A DNA stretch of 64,000 nucleotides from Pavona decussata (taxonomy: Eukaryota): positions 868,001 to 932,000 of the forward strand of contig CDRNST010000122.1 in NCBI GenBank assembly GCA_977016875.1, read 5' to 3'. Position 1 is the stretch's first letter. The number at the start of each line of letters is the position of its first letter. The notes beneath the pieces were generated by a model. It saw nothing but the letters and a program-made list of their open reading frames with translations. It was not told where the DNA came from and ran no database searches. The position numbers and the translations under genes are program-made. Shown here piece by piece: positions 1-12,617 of the stretch.

Positions 1-138
1 GCTCGCAGGGTAAAAGGTTAACGTTAGGATATGAGATAATAAAGGGTAATCAAGGGAAACAAGTAGATGAAGGCCTAGGTTAGCCAGTTTCCTTTTGTTC
101 GTTAAAGAAACGTCTCCCTTCTTTTTTGGTCAACTTAC

Positions 139-560
139 GTCTCTGGCCTGATCTGGGCGTTCAATTTGTGAGGTCGGCCGCGTTAAAATATGGCGAGGGG
201 AAATGACAGGAAAGCGGGGTTAGTTCGTTTTCTTTGGCATCACGCGCTATCTTGTCTATGTTCTCTACAAACTCAACAACTGAAAGTGCTGTTACTGTCC
301 AATAAATGAAGCTGCTCTAGTCAAGCGCCAGACGCTGAATATGAAAGTTCGAGGAAGGTGGTTGACTGGTGCAACAAAGAAAATAGAGAACAGTAAGGCG
401 CGGAATAGAACGCGGACAATATTGGCAGTACCAGTAACCCGTAACAAATGAGCATGTGGAAACGCGAGGTTTGGGTCACTAGTTTGGTAAATTGGAAATA
501 ATCAGAGAAGGTCGAGAAAGCGCGCGAGCTGAGTTTCAGGCGGAGGCCAATTTTGCGCGC
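139..560 (-). promoter_or_regulatory. Probable promoter and first non-coding (5'UTR) exon of a minus-strand gene continuing left of the window
   Basis: The segment is CpG-rich (GCGCGCG, TTTTGCGCGC near 519-560). There is a perfect minus-strand donor GAGAC|GTAAGT (intron starts at 138). No ATG-initiated frame is open into the donor, so the exon reads as UTR. Transcription start is inferred, not seen. Confidence 0.45.
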
Positions 561-1364
561 ACCGGTTGTTTTTGGCGTCTCTGGACTGCTCAAAGTCTGT
601 TGCTACATAAACATATCACTGGACAATGCACAACAGAAAACCACAGGACTCATTGCAATCTGTCGAGGCTAGACCCGCAAACAGGTTCCTTCAGTGGGGA
701 AAAATGTGATAAAAATTCTGCCAGTGGGGGAAGCTATTCGAATCGTTGGGAGTCGCTCCTCTCGCTGATTTTTCATGCGTACTATGCCATAGCCTGCTCA
801 AAAATTACATGCTGGCAACTTAGACTGTAACCACAGTGTCACAGGAATTCTAAGCATTTATTTGGCCTTCACATTTAAGTCTATCAGCAAATACAGTAAA
901 AGAAAGAAGAAAGGCGGCCTTAAACTCTAAAATTTAATTTAATGTCTCAGGTCTGGCAGCGGGGAACATTTTCTCAATGTCACTAAAATTTTATTGGACG
1001 ATGTAAAGACATTTGATAAAATTTATCTAGCCTGCAATTGCACAAATTTACAAGTAATTTTATTTTAATTTATACTATCTTACTATCCTTTCTTTATCTT
1101 CGGTGTTTATTCCCCACGCTTAAGGGATTATTGCCATTGAGTTTCCAAACAAGGGGAATCTCAGTGAATTCATGTCCAATGACTGCTTGCTTTCTCTCCA
1201 ATAGGCGTGTGCAAACGCATAAACTACCACAGCTTTAAATCTTGGGCATCTACCCAGCGCATGCGTTCTCTTTGACCAGCAGACAGGCCTTTGCTGTCTC
1301 CCCGCAGGCCATAGGGAATGCAGGCTTTCGGTCCCAGACTGCTTCTTGTGTACTGTCATTCCAC

Positions 1365-1459
1365 TAGCCTCCCTCGCAGACGCTCTTTTGGCTCGTCACG
1401 CAATCGTTGGGGAGGGAAGATTGCGTAACAAGCCAAAAGAGCGTCCGCGAGGGAAGCCA
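1365..1459. mobile_element. Short palindromic (hairpin) non-autonomous element
   Basis: Imperfect inverted arms gcctccctcgcagacgctcttttggctcgtcacgcaatc and gattgcgtaacaagccaaaagagcgtccgcgagggaagc. Confidence 0.65.
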
Positions 1460-1554
1460 CCATTCCATGCACATTTGTTGACTTTTCCATGGGCATCAAG
1501 GAGGGAAGCAACACGCAGAGTTGGTTCTCCATTCACGTGCTAACCATCTCCGTA

Positions 1555-1903
1555 TCACGTGTTTGCGGAACTCTTGTCATAAGCAGCTATGAGTCCTTTT
1601 ATGTAAGACAGCTTAGTGTGAAGCTCTTTGCACTGTTTCTTCGTCTGCTGCCACCAAGTATCCTAGAAATCAAAGCCCTTGTTAGTTTTACGTTCAATTC
1701 CATAAAAGCTGTTACCCTTGTGGCTCCTCAGGGGCACCACTGGTGTCTTTCCCAAGTTCGTTCATTCCCTTCATCATTTCACAATCATAAAGGGGTGGGA
1801 CCAGCAAATGGACTGATAGCAGCAGCCATCGGCACCTATATAAGCTGATGAACGGTCCTATTTGCTTTTAAAACGGACACGTCTGTTGCCCTTACGTCCA
1901 GAC

Positions 1904-1938
<35 letters not shown>

Positions 1939-4900
1939 CCATCACCCAACGGTTCATTTCCGTGTATATCTGCTCGGATGGCCTTAATCGCCTCGGAAAT
2001 TCGGATTTAATCGTACAAAAAATCTACAGGGGAAATGTCGGCTCAAAATTTCGTATCATTGAAAAACTAATTCCTTTCATTCTCGTAGCAGCAAATATGA
2101 TGGCAAAAATGTTAAGAAAGGTTAGCTAGCATTTTCGTAAAAGCAACTACAGCTACTAAATTCGGGGAATAAAATTCCGTTTCCTAGAACTTCCTGGAAC
2201 GTAAATTATCAGCTAAAGCATCCGAACAGATCAATCAAGCTTACACAAACATCTCTTTAACAAAGTGAGCAGGGAACCCAGTAGACAACATTTTAGGTAT
2301 GTTCCTTACACGCCCTGATTCTTCTTCCACAATTAAACATTCTTGGTATCTAGTTTACAAAAACAAGGGCCCAACTAGTAAGCTACTGGTCTAATAGTTT
2401 TATAGAACCGGCCTCTAGTGTTTCATGTAATACATCAAACACGAGGAAGAGTGTTTTGCCCCATTTCCAAACTCCGAGACATGGTTTGAGAAACACGAGG
2501 CGCAGCCGAGTGTTTTTTTTAACCAACTTTGAGGTGTTTGGAAATCGGATGATGAACACTCTTTCGAGTGTTTGATATAGCTTCTCAAACCATTCATAAT
2601 TCTTGGAAAAATTCAAAGCAAAAGTTGACGAAAATTTTTGCTAACGAAGATCACATCACTGTAGCGATTTAACGTCAGTATAAAGAATTTTTTCCCAGCA
2701 GAGTTACCTACAGAGGTGAATATGACATCAACTGGTGAAACTCTCTTACCTTCTGCATCTTCTCATAAAGTTCTACAACTTCCTTATCTGTGTCCTGAAC
2801 AAAGTAAAACAATGTCCAGTATTAGACACAAACATAACAAGTTAGTGTAGCTAAGGACCACTGGTATCCTCTCCTCATGTAATGCAGAAACAAACGCTGT
2901 TGACACTGACAAAAATAATCTTGGCCAAACGGACACTAGAATACCACGCCACTCTGAATCTCTTCCCCCAAAAATTGTGGTTACACGGCTACGCAGTGAG
3001 AAAGGCCGTAGACCCCTCCCCTCCTATTTCATGGAGTATATTTTGAAGTGGCTGGGCAGTAGGAAAGAAGCTTCTGCAAAGAATCGTAATATTCATGAAA
3101 GATTGCCTTCAATTTGTGGTTACACACTAGAGAACAGGGACAGTCATACTTGTATTGGCTATCCCGCTCTAGGTCTTACAAATTGGAGGGGGAAGGGGAA
3201 TGTCCTTCTCATTCCGCAGCCGGGGGAAGAGCGGCAGAGTGGCAGAGTACTCTGCAGTTAAGCCCTAATACTTCCCTTAACGCACTAACTTAGAGAACCT
3301 TTGTCTGAATCGAGAGGAAGAAATAGGGATGGGAACAAAGTGTCTATTGTTATATGCTGGGGATCAATCTGAGGTTGAACAAAATGAATTTTTTGGGACA
3401 TGAGTGAGCAAACCTGTCTTTCCACACTGCCTTTAGGAAACTGCTCTTGTTTGTTTTGAAGCTCAGTGAACTTTGTAAGGACAGAATCCACCTTCTCTTT
3501 CAGGGTTTTGTACACCTCATATTCTGCCTGAAAGTCGGTCTTGTACGAGCAACGCTGTTCATATGTTGTGATGGGCTTGTATTTCCTGAAGGACAAGGGA
3601 GAAGCAAGTTTAGTAGTTTGGTAAGTGAAATTGGTGAGCCAAGCCAGAAAACATACAAGAGAAGAAATTGTATGGTTTGACAATGACCAGAGTTCGAGAT
3701 CCTTTTTAACTTAACTTGACTTCTTTCTACTTTCCACAGTTTTTACTGCATACTTTCTGTAACATTTTCTACTCAACGTCTTGAAGTAGCTCTAGCTGGT
3801 AGAGGCTTGAGAAAAAAAGTCACTAGGAATTTTCATCACAATTAGGAAACATTCGTTTCACTAATATCCATTCTAAACTTAATTTCATTCTTGTTTCACT
3901 GATGTCCATTAGAAACTGAAGAAGACTTTTAAGGAAACTTTTATGAAACAGAGGAGACGTTTTAAAATTAGTTATATGTGAAATACGTGATAGATTGCTA
4001 CTTTTTTTGGATTATTAAGCATGTTATTACATATCAGTTCAATTCTTATTGATTACTGCTACTGGTTAATAATCCTTCAGTTTAGTTTTTATTTATGTTG
4101 AAGCAATGTTAGGGAAACCTTTAAAAGCAAGACAACTCACCTCATAAATTCAGGAGAATCAAAACTATTGACACCATTTATTGAGTTTTCTAGCAAAAGA
4201 AAAGATTCAAAACCTTGTAAAACATTTTCTGTATTTCATCCCATTACATTCATCACTATGGGGAACTGGGATGGTGCAGTGGTGAAAGCGCTCGTCTCCC
4301 ACCAATGAGGCCCGGGTTTGATTCCCGGTGTTGACGCCATGTGTGAGTTGAGTTTGTTGTTGGTTCTTGTCCCTGCTCCGAGGGTTTTTCTCCGGGTACT
4401 CCGGTTTTGCTCCCTCCACAAAAACCAACATTCCCAGATTTCAATTCCACCTGGAAACAGTGGATGAAAGAGCCACTCTGTGGAAGCCACAACTATAATT
4501 TTATTATGTTCACAGAGCAGTAGATGCAAATTATGACACAGGGTTTTAATTAATTTTGGTGATAGGAAGGTTCTTAATGGTGAAGTACATGTGCTACTCA
4601 TTAATCTTTCTTATGTAGACTGGCAGGTACCGTGTTCAGAGTAATTAGGTTCCAGTACTCATGTCCCAGCTTCTAATAAAACCCCTGACATTGACCATGC
4701 ATCCCTGGTCATTATTATAACTGTGGTTATGAAAACAATCCAGGGAGAAGATCTCTCCCATGATGGGTTCTTAATGTGTAATTAAATTTGGACATTTTGA
4801 TTTTTATCCATATTTTTATTTCAAGTAATTAAACAAAGTAAGTTTTGCTTGCTCACTTGCTGGTAAAAATTACTCCTGGCAATAAACTCACCCAAATTCC

Positions 4901-7900
4901 CTGTTGTGCTTGACTCTACTTCTTCTTTCTTTACAAGAGGTGAAACATCTTTACTCTCACTGGGGCTCATCTTGGATGGCCTGTCAACACTGGAACTTTT
5001 ATTTACAGAATCTTTCATTACAATGTTGTTGTTTTTGTTGATGTGAGCAACACGTTGCCTCTTTGAAGATCGCTCAGTATCACTAGGACAGATCCTTTTG
5101 TTTGGTTGTTTCTTTGCCTGAAAATAATGGGAGAACCTATCTTACATTTGAATACAACAACCAGTCTTGTGATTAAGCAGGATAATAACCTTAACCCTTT
5201 CCCGCCCAAGAATGCCATATGGCACATTTGTGTGAAATTTGAACAACCAAAAGAAGGCATAAAATCATGTCCCCCTTGTATATGAGACTTGATTTACCGC
5301 CCCTCAAACTTTTGGATGTTTTTCCTTTGTACTTAAGGGTCCAGTTGATATCTTACAACGAGCAATGCACCCAATATGTACAGTGAATAGGAACATTATG
5401 TTTTTCTTCTTTCGTTTTGGACATTTCTCACTCTAATATGTGACTTCCTCCATCTCTGTTGGTGTGATTTATAACACACCCCAGAAAATACCTTTTAACT
5501 GGTATATCACATGTGGTCTCCCAGTTCATAGTTAGCGATTTAGAATAATTTGGCATTTCCTTTGGGCAGGAAAGGGTTAAGGAAACAAAATAATGCTCAC
5601 ACTGGTTAAAGGCATAATAAGTATACAAAAAATAATAATTAATCATGGGAAAATCCCTTTAGTTAGTTTCTACTTCCTTTGTTTCCTAAGAACAATGTTT
5701 TTACTCCAAGGAGCCCACCATTCAAATATAATTTGGAGTTTTGGAGTACAGAGAAGGAAGTCAAATGTCCCAGCAAAGGAATTAGACTGTGATGCCAGTT
5801 ACTTGGTCACCAGGTACTGTCAGGTAACTGTCAGATTTATTTGTTTCATTTAACACTTGAAGACGTTTGGGGGGACTCAATACTGAACAGCAACTAAAAA
5901 ACCCTGGTATTTCCTGTTCCTCCAAACTTACTTAAAATGACAGGGTACATGTATGTAGGTGCAGATACACTTCACTTACAAGGTGTCAAAAAAGAAACTT
6001 GGGATCAAATTAGTATCTTTAGAGAAGTGGTGTCTCAAGAGAGTTTAATTGGACTGTATTGCGTTTACTAAATATGATATGATTTCCTACGTTCTAAGAC
6101 CAACATACCTCAGCATTCTTAAGTGGAGAGGATGATGATGTTACTAAAGGGCTATCACTCACTTCAGTTTTTATTTTCCTGCAGACAAAGAGAAATTTAT
6201 ACACAATACAGTTGAGCCTCCCATAAGCAGACACCGTTGGGGCCAGAAAAAGCGCCTGCTTAAGAGAGGCCTGTGTCCACTTATAGTGTAAAAAATTAAA
6301 AATGTAGTGTTTGTATGTAGCTGAGAACATGATCAAGTGTCCGCTTACGAGAGGTGTCCACCTAGGGGAGGTGTCCATTAGCATAGATTCAACTGTACTT
6401 AAAAGTATCAAGCAATTTTATACAGTCAATGAAGGAAAGTCTATTTTTAAGCCCTGTGAATAATGCTTTGTTACATCCAGTCACTGGTAAAATTCTTTTA
6501 TTATCATGTTCATTTTCCACCACCAACTACCTTGGTCCAGAAATCCATGTTTCTAATTTTGTTCTCACCTACGCAACACCTGTTTTTCAGTTTCACTATA
6601 GCTTGGCCATGTTTCAACCTAAGGGAAAAATGACGAGAGAAATTAATAATTCTGCAATTACATGGCACTAAATATTATATTGATAAGAAGGTAAAGCACA
6701 AATATAAACCAACAGTTTTGGATGCAATTTGAGAGTTTAAACACATGTACATGTAGCCAGTGTCAGATAAGTTAATTCAGCAGTCTTCATGTATATGATG
6801 CAGTAAAGGCTCAATTATTACAAATTAAAAATTAGACTGCTGATTACATGGACCATGAACTACCTTACCTGAACTTCAGAATATAAATGCTTCAATAATC
6901 TATATTGGTTATCAGTCATAACAGCAACCTACAAGATATAATATAATTTTTATATTTTAATGTCTAAGGTTTAGCAAAAGTGAAAATATTTCTAAGAGAA
7001 ACTGAAGGAACAGCAAACAGGTAGAAAGAGGCAGCTCATTTGCTATAAAAAGAAAAAAAAAAAAAGAAAGAAAAAAGAAGAACTAAACCAACATTTTAAT
7101 ATTAGTTTACCTGTTGTAATATCCCTGTCAATGAATTTCTGTCTTTTAAATCTGGAAAATAAGTTATTTAATATAAAAANNNNNNNNNNNNNNNNNNNNN
7201 NNNNNNNNNNNNNNNNNNNNNNNNNNNNNNNNNNNNNNNNNNNNNNNNNNNNNNNNNNNNNNNNNNNNNNNNNNNNNNNNNNNNNNNNNNNNNNNNNNNN
7301 NNNNNNNNNNNNNNNNNNNNNNNNNNNNNNNNNNNNNNNNATTTATACCAAATTATGAATATTAGAGAGCATACAAAGTTAGTAATGATTTACCTGAAAA
7401 AGGCTACAAATAAAGCAATTTAAACTATGATGTGATTTTGGAAGAAAAGGGAATGGCTTAATCAATTTCATATTGTAGGGATCAATGAAAGTCGGTTTGT
7501 TAATACAAGCAAAACAGATTTTTTTTATAGAACAGCAGCAAGAATGTAACATCTTCCGTCACATAAATGCAGCTTTGGAAACTGAAACCAATAACCAATG
7601 AGATAAAAGGTGATATCAAAATTGTTAGAGTTTCAAGAATGCTCATACCTTTGGTAAGTCTAGAAATCAATTCTGGTTTCTTGTAAGGTCTAACTGCTAA
7701 TAAATGGATAACCCTTTCCCTGTAAAAGATAAAGACACAATTCAGTGCTCAGGGCTGTTATTCAGGCCATGCAAATGCTCCAAATAGTCATGTTAACCTG
7801 CTTCAAATATACAAGCTGAATATTGGCTGAATGATCAGACGGAGATGAAAGTGGCAAACATGTAAGTAGGAGTTGTGTAGGCCTTCCAACCCCACATGAC

Positions 7901-10900
7901 TGTATACAGCTGTTTCGACAAAGGTTGTCCAAAAAAAGCGTAAAAGCGTACGCAACAATGTTGAAAGGTAGTCTGGGAAATACCAATAAATTTCAATGAA
8001 AGCTCAGAATCCATATTGCCCGCCATCTCAAGTCTTCGCTATACGGTCGAGGCATTATGGATTCTGAGCTTTCATTGAAATTTATTGGGTATTTCCCAGA
8101 CTACCATTCATCATTGTCGCGTATGCTTTTACGCTTTTTTGGACAACCTTTGTCAAAACAGCTGTATACATGTAGTCATGAAAGCCATACCCAATTATAG
8201 ACCAACCGTTCCTTTTTCAGATCAAAATAGTCAAAATCTATACCCTTTTTCAGACCAAAAATGGCTACAGGACCATACCTTTCAGTAGTGGCACATACCT
8301 ATATGGCTTATATGGGGGGAATACCCCCCCCTCCCCCTGCCGGAAAAAAAAAGAGTCATTGAGGGTCATGAATTAATAGCACATCCTGTCAGCAGCCAAT
8401 TCAGACCTTCGTGTAAGTGGGGGAGGGGGTGGGGGTGGGGGGCTCATTCTCAAATGCTCAGCTTGTTTCTCCTTGTGAAATGAAATATTTCAGCATCTCA
8501 GCCCTACAGGCCTCAGTTTTAGTCTGGGCCTTAGATCCACCACTGCATGTATTGTATATCAACATACAGCTGTGTTGCCTCAGCTTGGCTCTGTAACCAC
8601 AACAACCAAAGATACTGATGTTCCAGTCACTCCACCCCCATAATAACATTTTTCAATGTCAGTTTACAAGTCAATGATTGAAATAGCATTTTTTTTATAT
8701 GCTGGACAATACTTGGAAACTTTGATGCCAAAAAGTAAATTTAGTTAGTATGCACCTTAGTGATTTGCTAGATACACTTGAAACTTTGGCTCCTGCACCA
8801 GATCTAATTTGCTTCTTTACAGCTGAAAGTACATGCACACTGTTTTGCTGCTTGTACATAGACACACCCTTGGAAATCTTTTTACTCCCTGAAAATCAGA
8901 AGAAACATTATGTGAGACTGGCTAGCTAGCAACCAGAAACACTTTAGTTAATAAATAGTAAAGACTATGTAATTCAATAGTATTTAATATAATCCAGAAA
9001 ATCACTGTAAGGACAGAAATTGCTACTAACTGTACCTTTCTTTGGCATATTAATCACCTTTGTGCTGCAAAAAAGAACAGTCACATAAACAGAATAATTA
9101 TTATTAAATCTAACAAATGACTGTCTGGCCACAAAGCAGAAATATGGGGGAGGGGGGAGTGGATACAATAATACTGTATCACTTTCCCCAGTTTGAAGGA
9201 GAGACTGATGGTTTCAGAGGAATTCCCAAGATTTATGGGCAGTTCTAGAAAAGTATTAGAATTCTGTTGCTATTTCAAACACCTGCGTTTTTCAGGTTTT
9301 GAGTGTTATAATACCATAAAATTGAAATAAAAGCCCCACCAAATATAAACCTTCCCAAATATATGCCTGCTCAGCTCCCCACCAAATCGCAGAAGCTAAA
9401 ATCCTTCCAACAATAAGCCCCACTTTCTCCCTCTCCCAGGTATAAGCCCATGGACTTTAGGTTAGTAGTTTTGAGCTGTTGGGTTTAGTTTTTCTAGCAG
9501 GCTTTTAGCCAGGAATTGAACACTTGGCATGCTAGAGGCATGTGTCTGGTAAAATTTTTAAACAATAATTTTATTATTAGTTACTGAAATTTCACTGAAT
9601 TTGTTTTTCAAAGAATGGGCATCCACAGAAATATCCCTGTACATCCCACTGGCTAAAACCCAAGCAAGTGTGAAACACAAAATCCCCCACAATAACAAGC
9701 TTTTCAACAACCAACCCCAGATCTTAAACCATGTGATTTGCATGTGACTTGACCACTACTTTTTCAGTAGAACTTTTTAAATTCATTATGGCCTAATTCA
9801 ACGTTAAATCAATGGACATTTGAAGGCTGCAATTCCCTCTCTTTCGTCTTAATCCATACCTAACTCCTTTTCTTTCTTCTTCAACCTCCTTCATCCTTTG
9901 TTGTGTCATCTGGTAACTGTCATCAGTGGCTTTAACGTTTATCTTATGAGTGATGGCACCTACAGTTTTAATGTCTTTACTTCCATCTGATTGCTGAATG
10001 CAGTCCATACCACCCTGTTGTCCACTGGACTGTAGCACAGAGCAGTTAAGCTTGAATTCTGCGGTGTTGACATCTCCTGAATTGGCCTTACCAACTGGTA
10101 TTGATATTGACTGTGACACAAACACACAAAAAAGATAGAAACAAATTACCTCCGTCTCTTCATAGTCAATAGGAAACAGAAAGTGTTAATCAGAAAGCAA
10201 GAATTTTAGAAAGCCTGTATTAAATTACAATTCAGAAGGGACAAGATAAGGAACTTTCAAGAAGGTTTGCTAGGACTTAACATTTCCTATTAACAACTTC
10301 AACTTTATTTATTACTTGACAAAAGGAAATACAAATGGTCGCTTCACCCAAATAGTACTGGCTAGTTGAGGCGGGAAGTGACAGAAGAGAGAAGGCTGTC
10401 AAAACTGGAAAGAGACAAACTTTTTTTTTTGTTTTAGCTGATTAACCTGAAAACATGAAGCACATAATAATAAAGCTGGGTTTTTTTTCTGTTTGCTGTG
10501 TCAGTGGCTGGATGGTTGATGTGTTGAGTGAAGCAGCTTGATTCAGATTCCTGCACCTGAGGTAAATTTCTCAATTCATGACCCACTCAGAAAGAAAAGG
10601 CTAATACTAGTGACAAATTGGATGTTTGGAAGCACAACAGGAAAGGGATTAAATATACTTCCTTATTTGCCTCTTCAGGTGGAAGCACGTAACATTTTGT
10701 ATTTTACTCTGTTTGGTAGATTATGTTAAACATACCTTGAACTACCAATATTAAAGAATTTTGAGTGTTCACAAAAAATGTTGTTTCAGAAAAAATCCAT
10801 AACTTTCCCATGGAGGGCTTTATGGTTTGGGTCCCCTCTCCTGGGCACTGGAAATTTGAATTCAGCTTCATATGCATACCACCCATTATATACTTTGGAT

Positions 10901-11992
10901 TTTGAGACTCTACTAAAGCACAGATTTCCATTAGGGTGTTGACATTGTCTGGAAAATATACACAAACTTAGAAAACACAGGCAATAACCAATTGATTAAA
11001 ACAATCAGCTGAGCCTTACAAAGCGATTTAAACTGTCTATATCAGTTCAGCAATTACAAAGATCAGAGACTGTTTCAGGTGAGACAGATTTTTTTAAACA
11101 AAATGAAAATAACTTAAACTTGAACTGATTCATTTACATTCACATTGTTCATGAAATGACAAGTTGAGGATTTCGCCCAAGTCGATCAAAAGAATCAGAA
11201 ACTTGTGAAGATCAATTCTTGGAGGTCAGACTTTTTTCTCTTAATATTTATCTAATTGACAAAAACTAAATTTTAAGAGGACGTTGGAGATACTCGAAGG
11301 CTTTCAACACACAATAACATAGGTAAATCATTTATATTGTTTAAAGGGGAATTATGCTAAAACGGGAGCATCAAATGATTACAAATTAGAGCAGGGCCTT
11401 TTAATATAAGCTTCAGCTTAACAACTGTTCGATTGACAAAGAATCAAGCTTCAGAAATGTAAGGAAAATATTATGGTGTGAGGCCAAATAAACAAACTAA
11501 GTCGTATAGTCAAGTCGGTTTGTCTCTTTTCATGTCTAAATTTAACATCTGGTGGCATGATTTATTCATTTTCAACCTGGCTCACTTTTTATTAAGCGAC
11601 AGTACGACCAGTACCAAATTAAATAGAAATTCAACGAAGGAAGAAGTGACGGAATAATTCAACCCTCAACCTACCCCTTGAAATCCTGAAAATTTAATCG
11701 TAGGTTTCCGCCTTGGTGAGACCTGTTAAAGTACAATAAACACGAAACAACAAAGGCAATCAGTAAGAAATCATCAACGAAATATCGCAGTATTAATGCC
11801 TTACGTTCCACAATCATTTGCCATGCCGGCCAGAATATCGAATCTATCGAACCATACCTCAACGGACTGATACTCTTCAAGCGCTCGTAAACACGAATCC
11901 GTCAATTTTACATGTACTAGAAGCCTATTATTGCTTGACTCTGTCCGAGATATAAGATTATACGAGCTCTTTGGTTCTAACACAATAGCCAT
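1555..11992 (-). CDS. ELL: RNA polymerase II elongation factor ELL (ELL/ELL2-like), 15 exons, about 495 aa
   Basis: GT-AG exons in continuous phase: 11858-11992, 11675-11722, 9860-10110, 9036-9064, 8756-8888, 7649-7719, 7111-7151, 6869-6928, 6569-6618, 6109-6178, 4892-5117, 4141-4189, 3414-3585, 2750-2794, 1555-1662. Motifs: N-terminal VHVKLTDSCLRALEEYQ and KATDDSYQMTQQRM; winged helix RERVIHLLAVRPYKKPEL; C-terminal occludin/ELL domain KYKPITTYEQRCSYKTDFQAEYEVY...CKELHTKLSYIKGLIAAYD. An N-gap lies within one intron. Confidence 0.95.
1905..1945. repeat. (CAT)n microsatellite
   Basis: Direct reading. Similar tracts occur at 17390-17420, 37320-37475 and, as (GAT)n, at 55425-55464. Confidence 0.9.
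2428..2580. mobile_element. Imperfect palindromic interspersed repeat
   Basis: atcaaacacgaggaagagtgtt...tttccaaac pairs with gtttggaaa...aacactctttcgagtgtttgat around a central acgaggcgcagccgagt. A related core (ccacgaggcacagccaagt) recurs at ~46545. Confidence 0.6.
4260..4490 (+). mobile_element. tRNA-derived SINE
   Basis: A-box-like tggtgcagtggtg and B-box-like ggtttgattccc, followed by the body tgagtttgttgttggttct...tttttctccgggtactccggtttt. A second copy lies at 17493-17730. Confidence 0.8.
6209..6395. mobile_element. Tc1/mariner(pogo)-type MITE
   Basis: Termini cagttga...tcaactg flanked by TA on both sides, with internal gaggtgtcc repeats. Confidence 0.75.
7180..7340. other. Assembly gap (N run) inside an ELL intron
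   Basis: Run of Ns in the sequence. Confidence 0.99.
7907..8164. mobile_element. Foldback MITE with ~110-bp inverted arms
   Basis: cagctgtttcgacaaaggttgtccaaaaaaagcgtaaaagc...gaaagctcagaatccata pairs with tatggattctgagctttc...gcttttacgcttttttggacaacctttgtcaaaacagctg. Flanked by TATA. CpGs are retained in an otherwise CpG-poor intron. Confidence 0.85.
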
Positions 11993-12250
11993 CGCATTTT
12001 CTTTCCCCGAAACCTAATCAACTCCCTCACCATCCGTGAGCAACATCCGCTAAGAAAATATCACTGCGCCTGTCTAATAAATAGATCTAAACAGTACGAC
12101 TTTGCCCTCATATGGCTAACCGGAAGTGCTAATTTCTTCCTCGGAGAGCATCGGATCGAGGTTTTAACACGTGCTTGACTCGGTTCATCTGTAACCCAGG
12201 CCCTCCTCGACGGATGATAAGAGAACTAGAAAATGGAAGGAAGCAAGAAA
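11993..12250 (-). promoter_or_regulatory. ELL 5'UTR and proximal promoter
   Basis: CpG-retaining stretch directly upstream of the ELL ATG, with an ETS/GABP-type CCGGAAGT at 12120-12127. Confidence 0.5.
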
Positions 12251-12535
12251 GAAAAGAAGAGGAAAGGAAACAAAGTTATTGTGGCCAGGGATTATCTTTA
12301 GCATTGGCATCCGGCTATTATGGATGAAATCCCAACAAGACCGAGGCTCAAGTTTGAAACAGCAAAGACATCAGACAGGAATTATTTCATACATACTGGC
12401 CCTCAACACTCGTATTCGAGAACTCTATTTTTAACTTTCACTGTTCATATTAAGTACAAGTGCCACGCAGCTAACAGAAATTTTTCAGTTCAACTTTTCT
12501 CGCAGAAACGTTGGTCACCCAAGCTCAAGATTAAC

Positions 12536-12617
12536 AGTCTGAAATGTCAGCCGTCTCCTCCCCCTAACCCACAGGGGGCTGTGGGTTAGGGGGAGGAGAC
12601 GGCTGACATTTCAGACT
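12536..12617. mobile_element. Perfect 39-bp-arm hairpin element
   Basis: agtctgaaatgtcagccgtctcctccccctaacccacag, a GGGG loop, then the exact reverse complement. Confidence 0.8.

Noticed and set aside
492-830. 112-aa plus-strand ORF near the left edge
   Set aside because: It has a non-ATG start, no recognisable motif and no supporting splice structure, and it overlaps a presumed promoter region.
1845-1885. CTGATGA followed by a gtcc/ggac stem as a second hammerhead
   Set aside because: No GAAA core follows the stem.
4260-4330. Possible tRNA genes (also ~17495, ~25457 and ~25785)
   Set aside because: The A/B boxes are followed by repeat body sequence, with no complete cloverleaf, so these are SINE heads.
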